A DNA stretch of 60,772 nucleotides, counting the filler, from Circinaria calcarea (taxonomy: Eukaryota), in assembly GCA_051942165.1 (NCBI GenBank). It is 8 parts of 8 records of this genome, joined end to end, with 100 filler letters (N's around TTAATTAATTAA, not from the genome) between each part and the next. Parts side by side here need not be neighbours in the genome. Positions count along the whole stretch, not along the records: positions 30,463 to 37,972 come from JAVECS010001310.1; positions 38,073 to 45,581 come from JAVECS010001311.1; positions 45,682 to 53,179 come from JAVECS010001312.1; 5 more parts are not named here. One strand, given 5' to 3'. A model generated the notes under the pieces. It was given only the letters and a program-made list of their open reading frames with translations. It did not search any database and had not been told where the DNA came from. A program made the translations under genes and the position numbers. This document shows, in pieces, positions 35,397-48,815 of the stretch (positions are counted from its first letter, which is position 1; every line of letters starts with the position of its first letter).

Positions 35397-37684
35397 ATGT
35401 CATCGATGTCATTGATGTCAACGCCGGCGGGTCGATCTCACCGCAAAAGCAACCGGACAGCGCCCGGCGATGAGCATGACTCCGATTCTTTGCGGAAGCG
35501 GACATTGCACCGCGTTGATGACACAGGCCACGCGCATCATGTCCTTCTGTTCTTGATAGCTTTCCGCGTCTTGAATGCACTGAGTATTAAGACCTTCTTC
35601 CAGCCCGATGAATACTTTCAGTCACTCGAGCCAGCATGGCAAATGGCGTTCGGGATAGACAGCGGCGCATGGATTACTTGGGTGCGACTTCCTATCGGCT
35701 GTCAGAGCATCTGCACTGACTTCACCAGGAATGGAAGTATCGGTTGAGATCTGCTGTCCATCCCGCCATATTCGCCCTGTTCTACTCCATGTCCTCGCTC
35801 CTCTCTGATGGTCTTCGCCTTTCTCCTGCCTCCCATGCGGAGCTTCTCATATCTACCCCGAAAGTGGTGCAATCGGTTTTCGCAGCATTGGGAGACTATT
35901 ACACGTGGAGACTGGCACGGAAGGTTTATGGTCGAGGTAGCAATGAGGCCTGGGCAGTTGTATGTAGCTTTCGTCTTGGACTGAATGCATCACTTACGAA
36001 ACCGGTGCGAAGCCAGGCTGATACTATCATGTTCAACGAAATGTAGCTTGCGCTGAGTGTCTTCAGCCCCTGGCAGTGGTTTTGCTCAACCCGGACCTTA
36101 TCGAACTGTTTAGAGACCACCTTGACTACGGTCGCTCTGTATTGGTGGCCATGGCACTGGTCACTTGATACGAACACGGAAGGCGGTGTGGATCTTGATG
36201 GGCTCAGGGCCAACGAACCTACTGCGGTGTTGCACAGGCAAGCAGATCAACTAAGCGCGTAAGTGCGCCAAAGGAGGCGGTTAGGCAGGTGGAATTAATA
36301 GGGGTTGACAGGCTAAGACGGTGTCTACTCCTTGCCGCTCTAGTTTGTGTGCTTCGGCCGACGAATATCTTGATATGGGTCTGCTTAGCATGTTTCATTC
36401 TACTACGTACTACCGTGCATAAGCCATCGGCTTCTTCACAGCCGTCAAGTCCCGAGAGTAGTTGGTTACAGGATTTCCATCAAATTCCCAGAAGAGAATC
36501 TATGCTCCTAATACGAGAGGCAACTCTATGTGGGTACGTCGTGCACTGAAGGAATGATTGAATATATTCCTTGTAATTTTACTAACAGCCATAGGACCCT
36601 TGTGCTCGTCCTTTCCACTGCATTTGACCGTATCTACTATCAGCAGTGGACCTTTCCGCCACTTCGTTTTCTCTACTTCAACGTAGCGCGTTCACTGGCA
36701 GTCATCTATGGCCGAAATGACTGGCACTATTATTGGTCTCAAGGATACCCGTTGCTGCTCACGACATTCCTCCCTTTCGCCGTCAAGGGACTCTATGACG
36801 CCCTTTTCCTAACTAGCTCAATTATCCCAAGCGAATGTTATAGCCCATTCTCGATTTCGATACGGCGGCAGCTTGCCACTGTTGCTCTAATTGTCCCCAT
36901 GGTCCTATCCTTGGTATCCCACAAGGAGGTTAGATTCATCTATCCTATCTTGCCTATATGTCATGTTCTGGCTGCTAGCTCTTTTGTCGGCTTCGTTCTT
37001 CCCGCCATATCCTTTACAAGTCCCTTTCAGAATAACCACCGGAACTTTCTTCGGAAACTTGTTGTATTGCTACTTCTAACCATAAATCTTTCCATCACCG
37101 TATTCACAACCAGATACCACCAACCAGGGCCACTTTCTATACTTACTTACCTTCGTAAAGAGTACATCCAAAATCACCTTGCTCAACCTCCATTCTCCCT
37201 GTCCCCGCCCGAGTCAAACACCACCATGACCGTCGGATTTCTGATGCCTTGCCATAGTACACCCTGGAGAAGCCACCTGATATTCCCAGGCATCAAAGCA
37301 TGGGCACTGGGCTGCGAGCCACCTGTTGAGCTCAACGCTACCGCTCGCGCAACGTACCTCGACGAAGCAGATCAGTTCTATGCAGATCCCGCATTGTACC
37401 TCGATGCGAACCTGGGAAATCCTCCACGGACAACAAGGTCATCCGGTTCTGAGAACTCTCGTCCGGATCTTGGGCTACTGGATCGTGAAAGGGACTGGGC
37501 ATGGGACGGAAAAGCGGGGAAGAAGGTGTGGCCGGCTTACTTGGTCTTTTTCGAGCAGTTGGAGCCGGCGATGGGGACGATACTGACCGGGACGGATTAC
37601 CGCCCTTGCTGGCGGGGCTGGAACAGCTTTTTCCATGACGATTGGCGGAGGAGAGGCGATGTGGTGGTTTGGTGCTTTGGATGA
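35397..37684 (+). CDS. GPI10: GPI mannosyltransferase 3 (PIG-B), 4 introns; start could be 35397, 35406 or 35415
   Basis: [84 protein letters not shown]. Confidence 0.95.
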
Positions 37685-37972
37685 CCCAATTCCAATCTTT
37701 TTCCCACCTCTCTTAGATTCGCGTCCCGAGTAGGGGAAAGTTGAGTTTTGTTCATCCTCTTGTGTGTATATGTGTGTGCATATGTGTGTTTGGGATAAAA
37801 ATAGCTACTAGTATTCCCTTGCAAGTCCGCCCATTAACTGTGATTACGGGGCTCCCCAACCCAACCCAACCTACACAAACCCCCCGATTTGATATCCCCT
37901 ATGCTGTAGCTTTTCTTTAGGAGAGGTCCGTGTGAAAATCCAACTCTGCATTATCCCCCGCACTTTTTTGTC

Positions 37973-38072
37973 NNNNNNNNNNNNNNNNNNNNNNNNNNNN
38001 NNNNNNNNNNNNNNNNTTAATTAATTAANNNNNNNNNNNNNNNNNNNNNNNNNNNNNNNNNNNNNNNNNNNN
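37973..38072. other. Artificial contig spacer
   Basis: N44-TTAATTAATTAA-N44. Confidence 0.98.
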
Positions 38073-38856
38073 AGGATTAAAATAGCCTTTGCCAATTGAT
38101 GAAACACGTGCCATATGAATGGTTCTGGGAAGTACCGTCGCCAGCGTTTGTAACGGTCATAAAGGGTTAGTAGGGTGTCATGAGGCGCCCATTCCAAGTA
38201 GTATCTATGTCTCTCTTCCCTGGGAAAGCGTATATAGCGCCAAATCTTCAAGATGTTCGAGTTGTCGCACTCTAGTTCGGTCAACGCCCGCTGGACCAGA
38301 AACTCGTTTTCGTCCACGTTGCCACCAAGGTATTCCCACATTTTCGGCAGACTCTCCTTGATAACCATATACTGAAACGAAAATGACACAGTCAGTGAAG
38401 GTCAATTACTTTTTCTGGCAGGGGTCTATTTACCTTGGAGGGAATTAGACTAGGATCCCAGTAAACACCATCGCGTTCCCAAAGCACGGCCATACCAGTA
38501 CCTCCAATCCCAAGGGGACGTACTGGCCTCCAGCCATCCTCGTCGAAGCCTGGGCGAGAATTGAAGAACCTGTACAATGCTACACCCCAGTCCCGTTTCT
38601 GATTTTTACGCCTCTCGTCGTCCTCTTCCCTGCCAATGGTAGGATCACCCTCGCCCTCGGAGTAATCATACTCCATGCTCCTGAGAGTGTCTGGGATGTC
38701 CACACCAACACTTCGAGCATATTGAGTGAAATTGCCTTCGAAACCAAAGACATGATGCTCTTCGTAGCCCGCGAAGCGTATCTGCCTTCTCAGCCTTTTA
38801 GCCTGTCGCTCGGTACGATCTGCACCACCAACTGCTTTATGCTTTTCAGCAGCCAT
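38073..38856 (-). CDS. Divergent Ser/Thr kinase-like protein (NIMA-like N-lobe), 3'-truncated
   Basis: Gly loop LGIGGTGMAVLW, intron, VIKE (beta3 Lys), NEFLVQ (alphaC Glu), YLEWAPHDTL hinge, FPEPFIWHVFHQLAKA; catalytic loop is lost at the gap. Confidence 0.75.
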
Positions 38857-39888
38857 GACTGATAATAATCAGGGCCTCGGACAAGTATAATCTTCTGTAA
38901 GTGAGTCCTCTCGCAAGTGACATTTATTTCAAAAGATATGGAAACAGCTCAGAAGAATGGATCGCGACATTGGATTATCCATATATGTTTGCGCCTTCAC
39001 TTCATTGTTGTCAACATTTCTATTCGAGTTCCTGACCTTGACGCAAACGGCGAACTTCAGGTTGAGACCTCGCCCGCCTGTATGCTCACAAACGGTCTTG
39101 GGTCTGCTTAATATGAACAAAGAAGAACGTGCATTACCCATCAGACAAGCTCGGAAATATTCATTGGAGAGACGAATCAAATTTAGATAGGCAAAGAGAT
39201 GATGCGGACGCGGAGTCCTTTTCTCAGAGAATATTACCAGACACAGCAGCATGGCTGAAGGGTTAAAGGAAGTTTATATGAAGGAGGGTAGTGGGAATAG
39301 TATGGATGGACAACCCATATACTTGCACCTATCGATTTGGGCGGAGAGAGTCAATGGACGGCGGTGTTTTCTACCACAAGACCAATTGTTGGACAGTCCC
39401 TGAAGCGGTCAATTCATGATGCATTGTCGTGCCCTTGTAGAATCTTGGACGAAGTGACCGGAAGGATCACTGTAGGGCTTAGTCACATTCTCGAGGCGAT
39501 TGTTTGCGTCAGTAGGTAGAATTTCCCTTTCTAAGTTGGGACTCGACTAATCGACCACCCAAGTCTCGTACAACGTTTATGATTCGTGTCTGCGTGCGGT
39601 GGTGAAGAGGGCACGTACGATCCATGGGAGACTCGCTCTTCATTATTCCGGAACTGCTCCTACATTGGAATAAACAACCGTTTCAATAAATTACAAACCA
39701 TCAGGATCCTTGGTGAGTACCGCAGACTCGTTCGGGGGCCGGACTACCCTGTAGAACCGCAAAGATCACAACACACCTTTCCTGCCATGGGGTATCCGAA
39801 CATCCGTCAACCTCAAACACCCAGCAATTCGAGTATACAATTTGTGGCATTAGGGCGCCGGAGCAGTAGGCTCTTACCCTTTGCAGGG

Positions 39889-42494
39889 TCAGGATGTGCT
39901 GGCACCTGGCAAGGGCGGCTCAGCCACTCCCTCTGCTTTCTCCTCCCGTTTGGCATCCATTGACCGACCTCGGTTAGGCAAGATGTCCTGAGCAATGGCG
40001 GACAAACTATGCTTGCTCCCGCTGCGGTCGGCAACGCCGTTACGAGGCGGGCTCTTGGCTCGCTCCTTCTCGGCCTCCCGCTCCTTCCTGTCCTCTTTGG
40101 CTTGGGCGACTTTCGCCTTGAGCCACGAAAGAGGTCCTTTCTTATCCGAAGCTTCTTGAGCATCCTCTTTCTCCTTCGGACCATCTCTATCCTTGGATGG
40201 ACCAGTCTCATTGCTAGAGTGTTGGAGCGTAGATGAAGTCGACGGGAACCCGACCGTCGATGGCTCTGACCCTAGGTAGTGACTGTCACCAGTCACGGAC
40301 TTTCGCGGCTTTGCCCAACTACCAATAGAGCTGGTGCTTCTCTCCGCAGTTGCGTTTGAGCCAATCTGTGACGATGAAACCGGAGGGGCCAAGACTGCTT
40401 GATCGCTTTTCTTTGCCGATGACGAAAATCTCCAGCGGCGCTTCTTCGTCGCTTTCTCCGCCCTAGCGACTGCGTCCTCGTTGTGATCGGCATCAGATAC
40501 ATCCGTAAGGGAAGCTCTCGAATTTGAATTCACGGACGGTGAAGGTGACCTGGCTAGTTTAAGGTTGGAGCCGGCCCGTTGCTGAATTGTGTCTTGGGGC
40601 TGCAAAGGACTCATGCCTTGTATGCCGTCGTTGAGTGGCGGCGGTATTTCGGAGGACGGCGTGGGGGCAGTATTAGAAAATATGGGTGTCATAGAGGCCA
40701 TTGGGTCTGCTTGTGCTTGCTCGTTGGCCCCTGGGGTGACCATTGGAGTATAGAAAGACTGATTACCAGGGGAGTCAGGGACGTTGTGCAACGAATTAGT
40801 TGAACTATGAGCACTAGGCGCGGTACTGCTGGGTATGCGTCTCTTCTTTAGCTTGTTCGGCTGACGTGACTCCGTTCGCTCAGCGTCGCTTGTCGGGGAC
40901 TTTGCAAAAAGACTCGATTTCTTACGTTCCTTAGTGGGAGTAGGGCTGGCTGAAAGATCACCCAGGCCCGGTGCTGAAGGTTGAATCGTTGAGAGGTTGT
41001 TGGGTAATAACCTCTCGTTACTCTGGCCACTAATATCCGACTCACCTACGGGCGCTAGGACTATATGGTGCTCAGCCGTCGGAGTGATGGACGAGGATCG
41101 CGAGGCAGCTTGGCCTTCACCAGAGGCATGTATTGAACTCGATCCACCAGGCGTTCCCCAACTTCCTGAAGGATGTAAGTTATTGGAGCTAAGTGTAGGC
41201 GGCGGAGGCGTAGGCGAATCTAGTATTCTGTTGAAGCGAGATGAAGCTAGACCGGGAGATTTCTTTGATGGCACGGTGTTGCTTCGATGAACCCCACCGC
41301 CGGTATTGCTGTTCACAAAACCAGTTCCTGAAGATGGTGTGGCCGGGCCTGGAGCACCCGTCGACTTTTTCGAGTTCTTGGACGATACGGATAGGTTTCT
41401 TCTAACACCTCCGTATTTCCGTAAACTATCGGTACCTGCACTTGCATTGGACACTGATCTGCCAAGACCTGTTTGAGATGCTCTTGCACTTGTAGGCGTA
41501 CTTGACTGTCGGGTCTGTGCACCGCTTTGAACCTCTTTCACTGTCTTCTCGTCCGCTGCCGTCCCACTCATTCCAATCAGAAAGCTGTCCTGGTTATCGA
41601 TGAGAAATATCAGAACATCCTGACTGAGTCGATATTCCTGCGGTTTCATGTCATGTGTTGGATGAGATAACAAGCCTGGCTGAAAGATAGCAGCAAGATT
41701 TGCGGACGTCATCAGATTTAAGTCAGACTTCGACGCAAAAACAGCCAAAAGGTCTAGGATATAGAGCAGGAGCTGACGGTTGAGGGCAGGTAATTCGGTG
41801 ATCAACCGCTGATATGTCGTGATTGCTTGCAACTGATCGAAGTCGCCAATGTCCTGCATCTGAGCTTCTCTGTCTCCCACAGCTTGCACCTGGTGGCTTC
41901 GGAGAGGCTCACGGAATCGCTCATAGAAATCCAAAGGAACAATTGGTTGAGGTAAATGAGTAAAGTAGCGCCGCAGTATATTAGCCGCATCGTGGACGGT
42001 ATATCCGGTCCAGTCAAGACCTTTTCCGTATCTTTCTGGAGAGTCAAAAATGGTTTGAAGTTCTTTGATGCGTTTGGCAGAACCATTCAGACGAAATATA
42101 CCCTCTACGTCCGTAGCTATGATAGACAGTAGGCGTTAGTGTTGATTGGATCAGCTAGGCCGGTTACTTACCTTTCTCCTTCAAGAAAACACCACACTTG
42201 GCAACAACAATGGGCACATATCCATAGATGAAGCTCTCGCCGTTTTCGTTTGTAAGGGATATCGCAACATTTGCGTATTTTATACTATCTTGAAGCGGTA
42301 CACCAAATATCCCAGGTGGCGGTTCAGCTACAGCGGCTAACGAGGTAAGCCTTATATATTTACACGGCCACATCATCTGCTTTATACTTACGCTGATTCT
42401 GGTCTTTCTTCGTCCTCTTTTTGAATCCGTTCCACCAGGTCTTTAGCGCTTGAGGAGACTCCAAGCTCTGCGGTGCTGGCTGATTGCCTGCCAT
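39889..42494 (-). CDS. SAC7: Rho GTPase-activating protein, Sac7/Bag7-like, 2 introns
   Basis: IFGVPLQDSIKYA, GYVPIVVAKCGVFLKEK|ATDVEGIFRLNGS (Arg finger), HDAANILRRY, NLMTSANLAAIFQPG; long Ser/Pro-rich tail. Confidence 0.93.
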
Positions 42495-42934
42495 GATCAA
42501 CTTAACACCTAGCGAGAGTCCGTTGTAAAAGTCCTCGAGAAAGTCTGGCAAGTCGAGTGTAATAGAGCTCAGCCAGCGTATTGTTTTGCGACCTGTGTGT
42601 AGGTTGTCAGGTTCGACGTGCAAGGACTCGTGGTTTGTAGATGGCTCACCTCTTGGAATAGCTGAGATATGGAGATGTGTGCGCAAAAGTCTTGCTATGA
42701 TTTGCGAGACAAGCAGGAGGTGGGCAGCCTCTCCAGCATTGTTGGAAAAGAGAAATGCGCCTTGGTGAGAGGCTCCAGTTGGTTGCGCTGAAGACAAAGG
42801 TTACGGGAGTCGCGAACCCATGGGTCGTCCAACGCTAAACGCCATTTGTCGTAGCCTTTTCGCGTATTAATAGAACTTCGGAACTCTACAAACTCTCTCA
42901 TATATTTATTTAGTTGTGGAGACGGAATCTCAAA

Positions 42935-43344
42935 ATGGAATCGTAAGTGCTTTCTAATAGATCACAGCAGAGAGGAAATGAAATCTTGGAACTAATCGTG
43001 TACCGGTCAGACTCAATGCACAAGAGCAGCGTGAGCTGACGACGCGTATGGAGAAGAAACAGATGAAGGAGTTTATGAATGTCAGTAGAGCCCTGGTCTC
43101 TGCGAGGTCCTGTAATTAAGGCTGACAACAGGCCTATTTGCTTCCGCAGATGTATTCGAATCTTGTGCAGCGGTGCTTCGACGATTGCGTTAACGACTTC
43201 ACTACCAAATCATTGCATGCACGGGAGGAAGGTTGTGTCATGCGATGCGTAGACAAATACATGAAGGGGTCTGAGAGACTAGGACAACGCTTCCAAGAAC
43301 AGAACGCTAGCATGATGCAATCGGGGCAAATTCCAGGCCGATGA
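42935..43344 (+). CDS. TIM9: Mitochondrial small Tim chaperone Tim9, 2 introns
   Basis: [41 protein letters not shown]; twin CX3C motif. Confidence 0.96.
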
Positions 43345-44669
43345 TGTCGACAAGAGTCGGTAGAGAGAACAGAGATCTTCGACTGGCGTGTAAGATATAC
43401 CGAGGAGGGAACGAGAGTTTGTGCTACACAAGCATCTCATGCTCTCTGCAAAAACGGATGTTGGATGAGCATACACGCTTCTGTGAAATCTCCTAAAGTG
43501 CATGATAGACGATGCTGCGAATACTCTAGCGGAACTGCGTTTTACACAAGTTTAATTGCCCGAGTCATACTGGATTTCACTCCTGTATCCGCCATATTCT
43601 GTCCATGCTTGTGAATCTGGAAAAGAATTTTACTCCTCGTGTCACGCAACTACGTTAGGAGTAGGCTCCTATTTGGCTCGCCAACTCTTTCCGACCTCTT
43701 GTCTAGCCTACCAGACACGCGAAGTTATGTCATGCTTGACTGTTTTCTACTGGCTTCGATCAAACATTTAGTTTGATGAGCATAGCTGATTCGATTCAAA
43801 GATGCTTCATGATACGCTTTTGACTTCTCCACCCGAGCTGCTTGCTCATTGGCTCCCACTTCCTTCATTTCAAGACTCTGTTGCCTATGGAGGGAGGATG
43901 TGCATTGCTTTCTACAGCGTTTGGGTAAGATGTACATCATCATACACAGACCCAGTTCTTGCAAGTCCGGTTTAGCAAATCTAGAGAAGCTAAACCCTCA
44001 AGATGGCCTTTGAGAACGAGCGGGGAGCAGAATCTTATCTTTGACGATATCTGCCCCTTTTCGGTTCGGGCAATCGGCTTCACACTCCTGTCACCTATGA
44101 CTGGACGGATGAAGAAAGCTAGCGCTGTCCTTGTAGCAATAGAAGCTCAATGGAGATTTTACAGCAGGCTTCTGAAAAATGTGATTGGCGTCTACACAAG
44201 AGCCTCCTTTGGTCGTCTATTACGTCTCCAACATTGTGTACCCGCTGGGATTTGTTAAGCACGATAAGGGAGAAGAGACCCAGAGTCTCAATAGGACAGG
44301 AGCCTCTCTTTATTGCTCCCAGCTTCCACGGGAATTTTCCCCAAGACTGTCTGCCACAGCATTAATGTGTAGCTCGACTTTTCCTTTTCACCATAACACA
44401 AATGGGCGAAATTTTCTCCGTAATATAGGCGAGTTACCGTCCGTTTTCAGGGGTCTTCAATCAAAAACATGTTGCCCCACCAAAATCATTCGCCTGCCCC
44501 TCATCCATAACACTAAGAACCCGAGTCCTCCAGAGACTACCTAAGGATGAAAATATTACCTTCTGTTTATCTATTGTTTTAGCTGATACTCTTGCATTCC
44601 TTCTCTCCATCTTCCACAATCAGGACTAATCTGAACCATATTCTAATTAACGCCTACCCGTTGCCTACG

Positions 44670-45581
<912 letters not shown>

Positions 45582-45681
45582 NNNNNNNNNNNNNNNNNNN
45601 NNNNNNNNNNNNNNNNNNNNNNNNNTTAATTAATTAANNNNNNNNNNNNNNNNNNNNNNNNNNNNNNNNNNNNNNNNNNNN
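45582..45681. other. Artificial contig spacer
   Basis: N44-TTAATTAATTAA-N44. Confidence 0.98.
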
Positions 45682-46251
45682 TAATCCCCCGGTACAACCC
45701 AATCCTCCCTTGCAATCTGCACTCCCACTCCCAACTCCCGATATCCAATATCCAATGCACCCACTCCCAATATCCGATACCCGATGCCCCGATCTATAGC
45801 TATGAACCCTCCCCCTGCCCTCGAGCAACATCTAAAGAACTGCGTACCTAGTATAGGACATTCCACTCCACCGCATAGCATAGCACAACACGGCATAGCG
45901 CGTTACGGCACCCCACGGCACGGGACGGGATAACGCCGGAGCAGCCAGCCTCATCCATCACTTTGGGTTGGGCGTGTCTGAGGGAGGTACTCTGGGTTGG
46001 AGGGGGGAGGGGACAGGGTGGATAGGACGCTTATCGACGGAAAGGAGATCTTTTTATTGAATTAAAAAGCCAGGCTTTTCATGATGATCATGTGCAAAGT
46101 GCATGTCTTGTGGCAGTGAAATCTCATCTGATCTGATCTGATAGCTTTCCATTGCCATTTCATCATGCCAACTACCACCACCCCTAGCACTTGTACCCCC
46201 ACTGCACATATCATATCACCTCACCCATGCACAACAACCACCACCACGGCT

Positions 46252-47203
46252 CTAAGCCTCGGCCTCGAACGCCTCCGGGAAACGAGCAATGTTCCTCTCA
46301 ATCGGCCCTTTGTTCCTCAAGAACTGCACGTACGCCCCATCGATCTTTATCTTGCCTTCGGCGCGCTGTTCGAGGTACTCGTCGCGGCGGAGTGGGGTGA
46401 AGCCCCAGTTCTTCGAGACGATGATCTTCTGGCGGCCGGGGAACTTGTACTGCGAGCGACGGAGGGCTTCGATGGCTGTGGCGCGGTCTGGGATGGGGAT
46501 AGTTAGCATGGCTTTATATGGAGGAGGTGCGGGAAAACGGAGGGCAATGGAATTGTGTTTGGATAAGGACATACGTTGATCCCGAGTTCGGACGGACAAG
46601 AGGATTTGACCAATGTTCACACGGGCAACGGAGCCGTTGGGCTTTCCCCACGCACCACGCATGCCGGTTTGCAGCCTATCGGCACCGGCACAAGACAACA
46701 TCTTGTTGATGCGGACGACATGGTAGGGGTGGGCGCGGACCCGAAGGTGGAAACCTTCCTTGCCGGCGACTTTGACGAGGTACCTAGAGCGTATGAGTTT
46801 AGCAGTCCGTCGGTTATAGAGAGGACGGGGATATGCGAAATCGTACTTGTTGGCGCAGATACGAGCGGCTTCGAGCGCTTCCGAGGACAGTTGTTCGTAC
46901 TCGTTCGAGACCATGTGGACGCAGAGGGGGAATTCATCGACGTTGGCACGCTTGCGGCCGAGGTCGAAGATGCGGATTTTGGGGTCGGGTACACCACGGT
47001 TGAAGCGGGACTTGGGGTACGGCTACAGAAGCAGATAGAGTCAGTATGTACTCTGCCTCCTCATAGAACTGTCAAAGAGCTGTGGAGAACCTGCGACATG
47101 CTGTCTCCACACACAGTCTTGGAGATTCATATTCTCAGTAGAGTCGAAAAAGACTTACCTTGTTCTTGCAGTAACGATAACATCTCGCTGGACGGCGTGC
47201 CAT
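46252..47203 (-). CDS. RPL10: 60S ribosomal protein L10 (uL16), 3 introns
   Basis: [64 protein letters not shown]. Confidence 0.98.
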
Positions 47204-47493
47204 TTTTCTCTGATATTCTTTGTAGTCTTGCACTTCTTGCGAACGTCAGCGTAAAAGAGTTGGAAGGTCTCCAGTTTATAAAGATGTGAAATCACTCAAT
47301 TTGATTTGTAACAGGTCGCCACTATGACTTCCGCACTTCTCGCTTAAGGTTTAGCCCTACGCACAATGGAACTTATTGTTACATCAGATGAGTAATGGTA
47401 CGATATCGAGAATAAGGTACGCATCACAACAGGAAAAATTTAATATCAGTTCTGTATTCATTTTCGTGGCCTATCTGAGCTCTATTGTAATAT

Positions 47494-48098
47494 TTATGCT
47501 GTAGCGCCGCTCAAGATATCCGAATCACCAGCATCCAACACAGCCATCGTAGAGCATCTGTACAGTTTACCACAAGCAGTTCCCAATTCAATCTGTGGTA
47601 CAAGGTCAGCATAAGCACTGAACCCTCCAAAGCCTTATGCGAAGACTTCTTCGTTGGGTAAGCCCTCGAGATATCGATTCTTGTCGTTGGGCATTGAAAG
47701 CATGAAAGCCTCCACGGGGAAAGAAAGGGAAGCCATACGTTGTTGCCAGCAAAATGGTGGACATTCGTCTTGGAAAGCATGGAATAGTCTGAGAAAGATT
47801 GTCAGCATACGGTCGCTTTTATGGAGTGTCTTTTCTGGACATACATTCAAGCTCACTCTTGCGGAGAGGAGGCGTATTTCCGGCGATGATAACCAGCTTG
47901 GCCTTCCCTGAGCGGAGAGTCTTCAGAGTGGACTTGTACCCAAGCGTGACTATTGACCGCGAAAATATATAGTTAGCAAAAGTACATTTGCCGTAGGTCC
48001 AGCCATTTAGGCGTCTTGCCTTTGCCCGATTTCATCACCAGCGCCAGGCGCGAGTTGATCGAGTCAGCGGTCTTCTTGCTCTTCTTTGTTGGTGCCAT
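47494..48098 (-). CDS. RPL30: 60S ribosomal protein L30 (eL30), 3 introns (first is GC-AG); mostly missed by the ORF track
   Basis: [105 protein letters not shown]. Confidence 0.97.
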
Positions 48099-48815
48099 CG
48101 TTACGCTGTAGGAAAGTTTGGATGAATTCCTATCGTGATTTGAGACGCTCCGGACCTTTTTGGTGTCGTGATGATTATTTTTACAGTGAAGGGGGAATGT
48201 GCCAACTCGAAAGTCACAAGCCAGTGCGCTAATCCCGAGACGGCATAAGTCAATCTACAAAGCAACTCCAGAATCCCAAGTTTCCAAATTTAGGCCCGAC
48301 TACCGAATTGTTACGAGGTCGTTGGTTATGAATAGAAAAGGTCCATGTAGCATCCTTGGCCGAGAATGGATAGAGTATATACCATTCACTCCATGAAGTG
48401 AACTTTACTTAATTCACACCTTAGGATTCTTGTTATCCACAGCGCATACTCTGTAATTATTCTCGAGGCCCCTCCTTCGGCCCCCTAGATCTTCAAGGCT
48501 GAACAGCAGCCGCATATGTGGCTGTAAGCCTCATCTCACCTGCAGGTACTCCGTGCCGGGGTAACCAAGATCCAAATATTTGCAGATCTCGCACAATAAT
48601 AATAATCTCACTATTGTCAGACTTGACTCAGGCCACTTCTTCCTTGCGGACTTATAAGATCGATAGATTTCGTACATGTCTGAGCTCCATCTCAGTCTCT
48701 CCAAGCCTGCAGTGTTGATAGGCACGGGACTACCCGAGAGACTGGTCGACCTCCGACCCCCTGCAGCAGTGTTGGGTATCCAAAATACCAAGATAACCAA
48801 CTTTGGTTTGCAATC

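Noticed and set aside
42495..42797. 101-codon in-frame extension upstream of the SAC7 ATG
   Set aside because: Starts at TTG, has no recognisable sequence and lies in the shared SAC7-TIM9 promoter/UTR region.
46081..46141. ATGATGA...CTGA box C/D snoRNA-like pattern
   Set aside because: Antisense to the RPL10 3' region; the CTGA copies belong to an (ATCTG)3 repeat; no convincing terminal stem or guide.
46576..47289. 237-aa ORF on + strand
   Set aside because: Antisense shadow of codon-biased RPL10.
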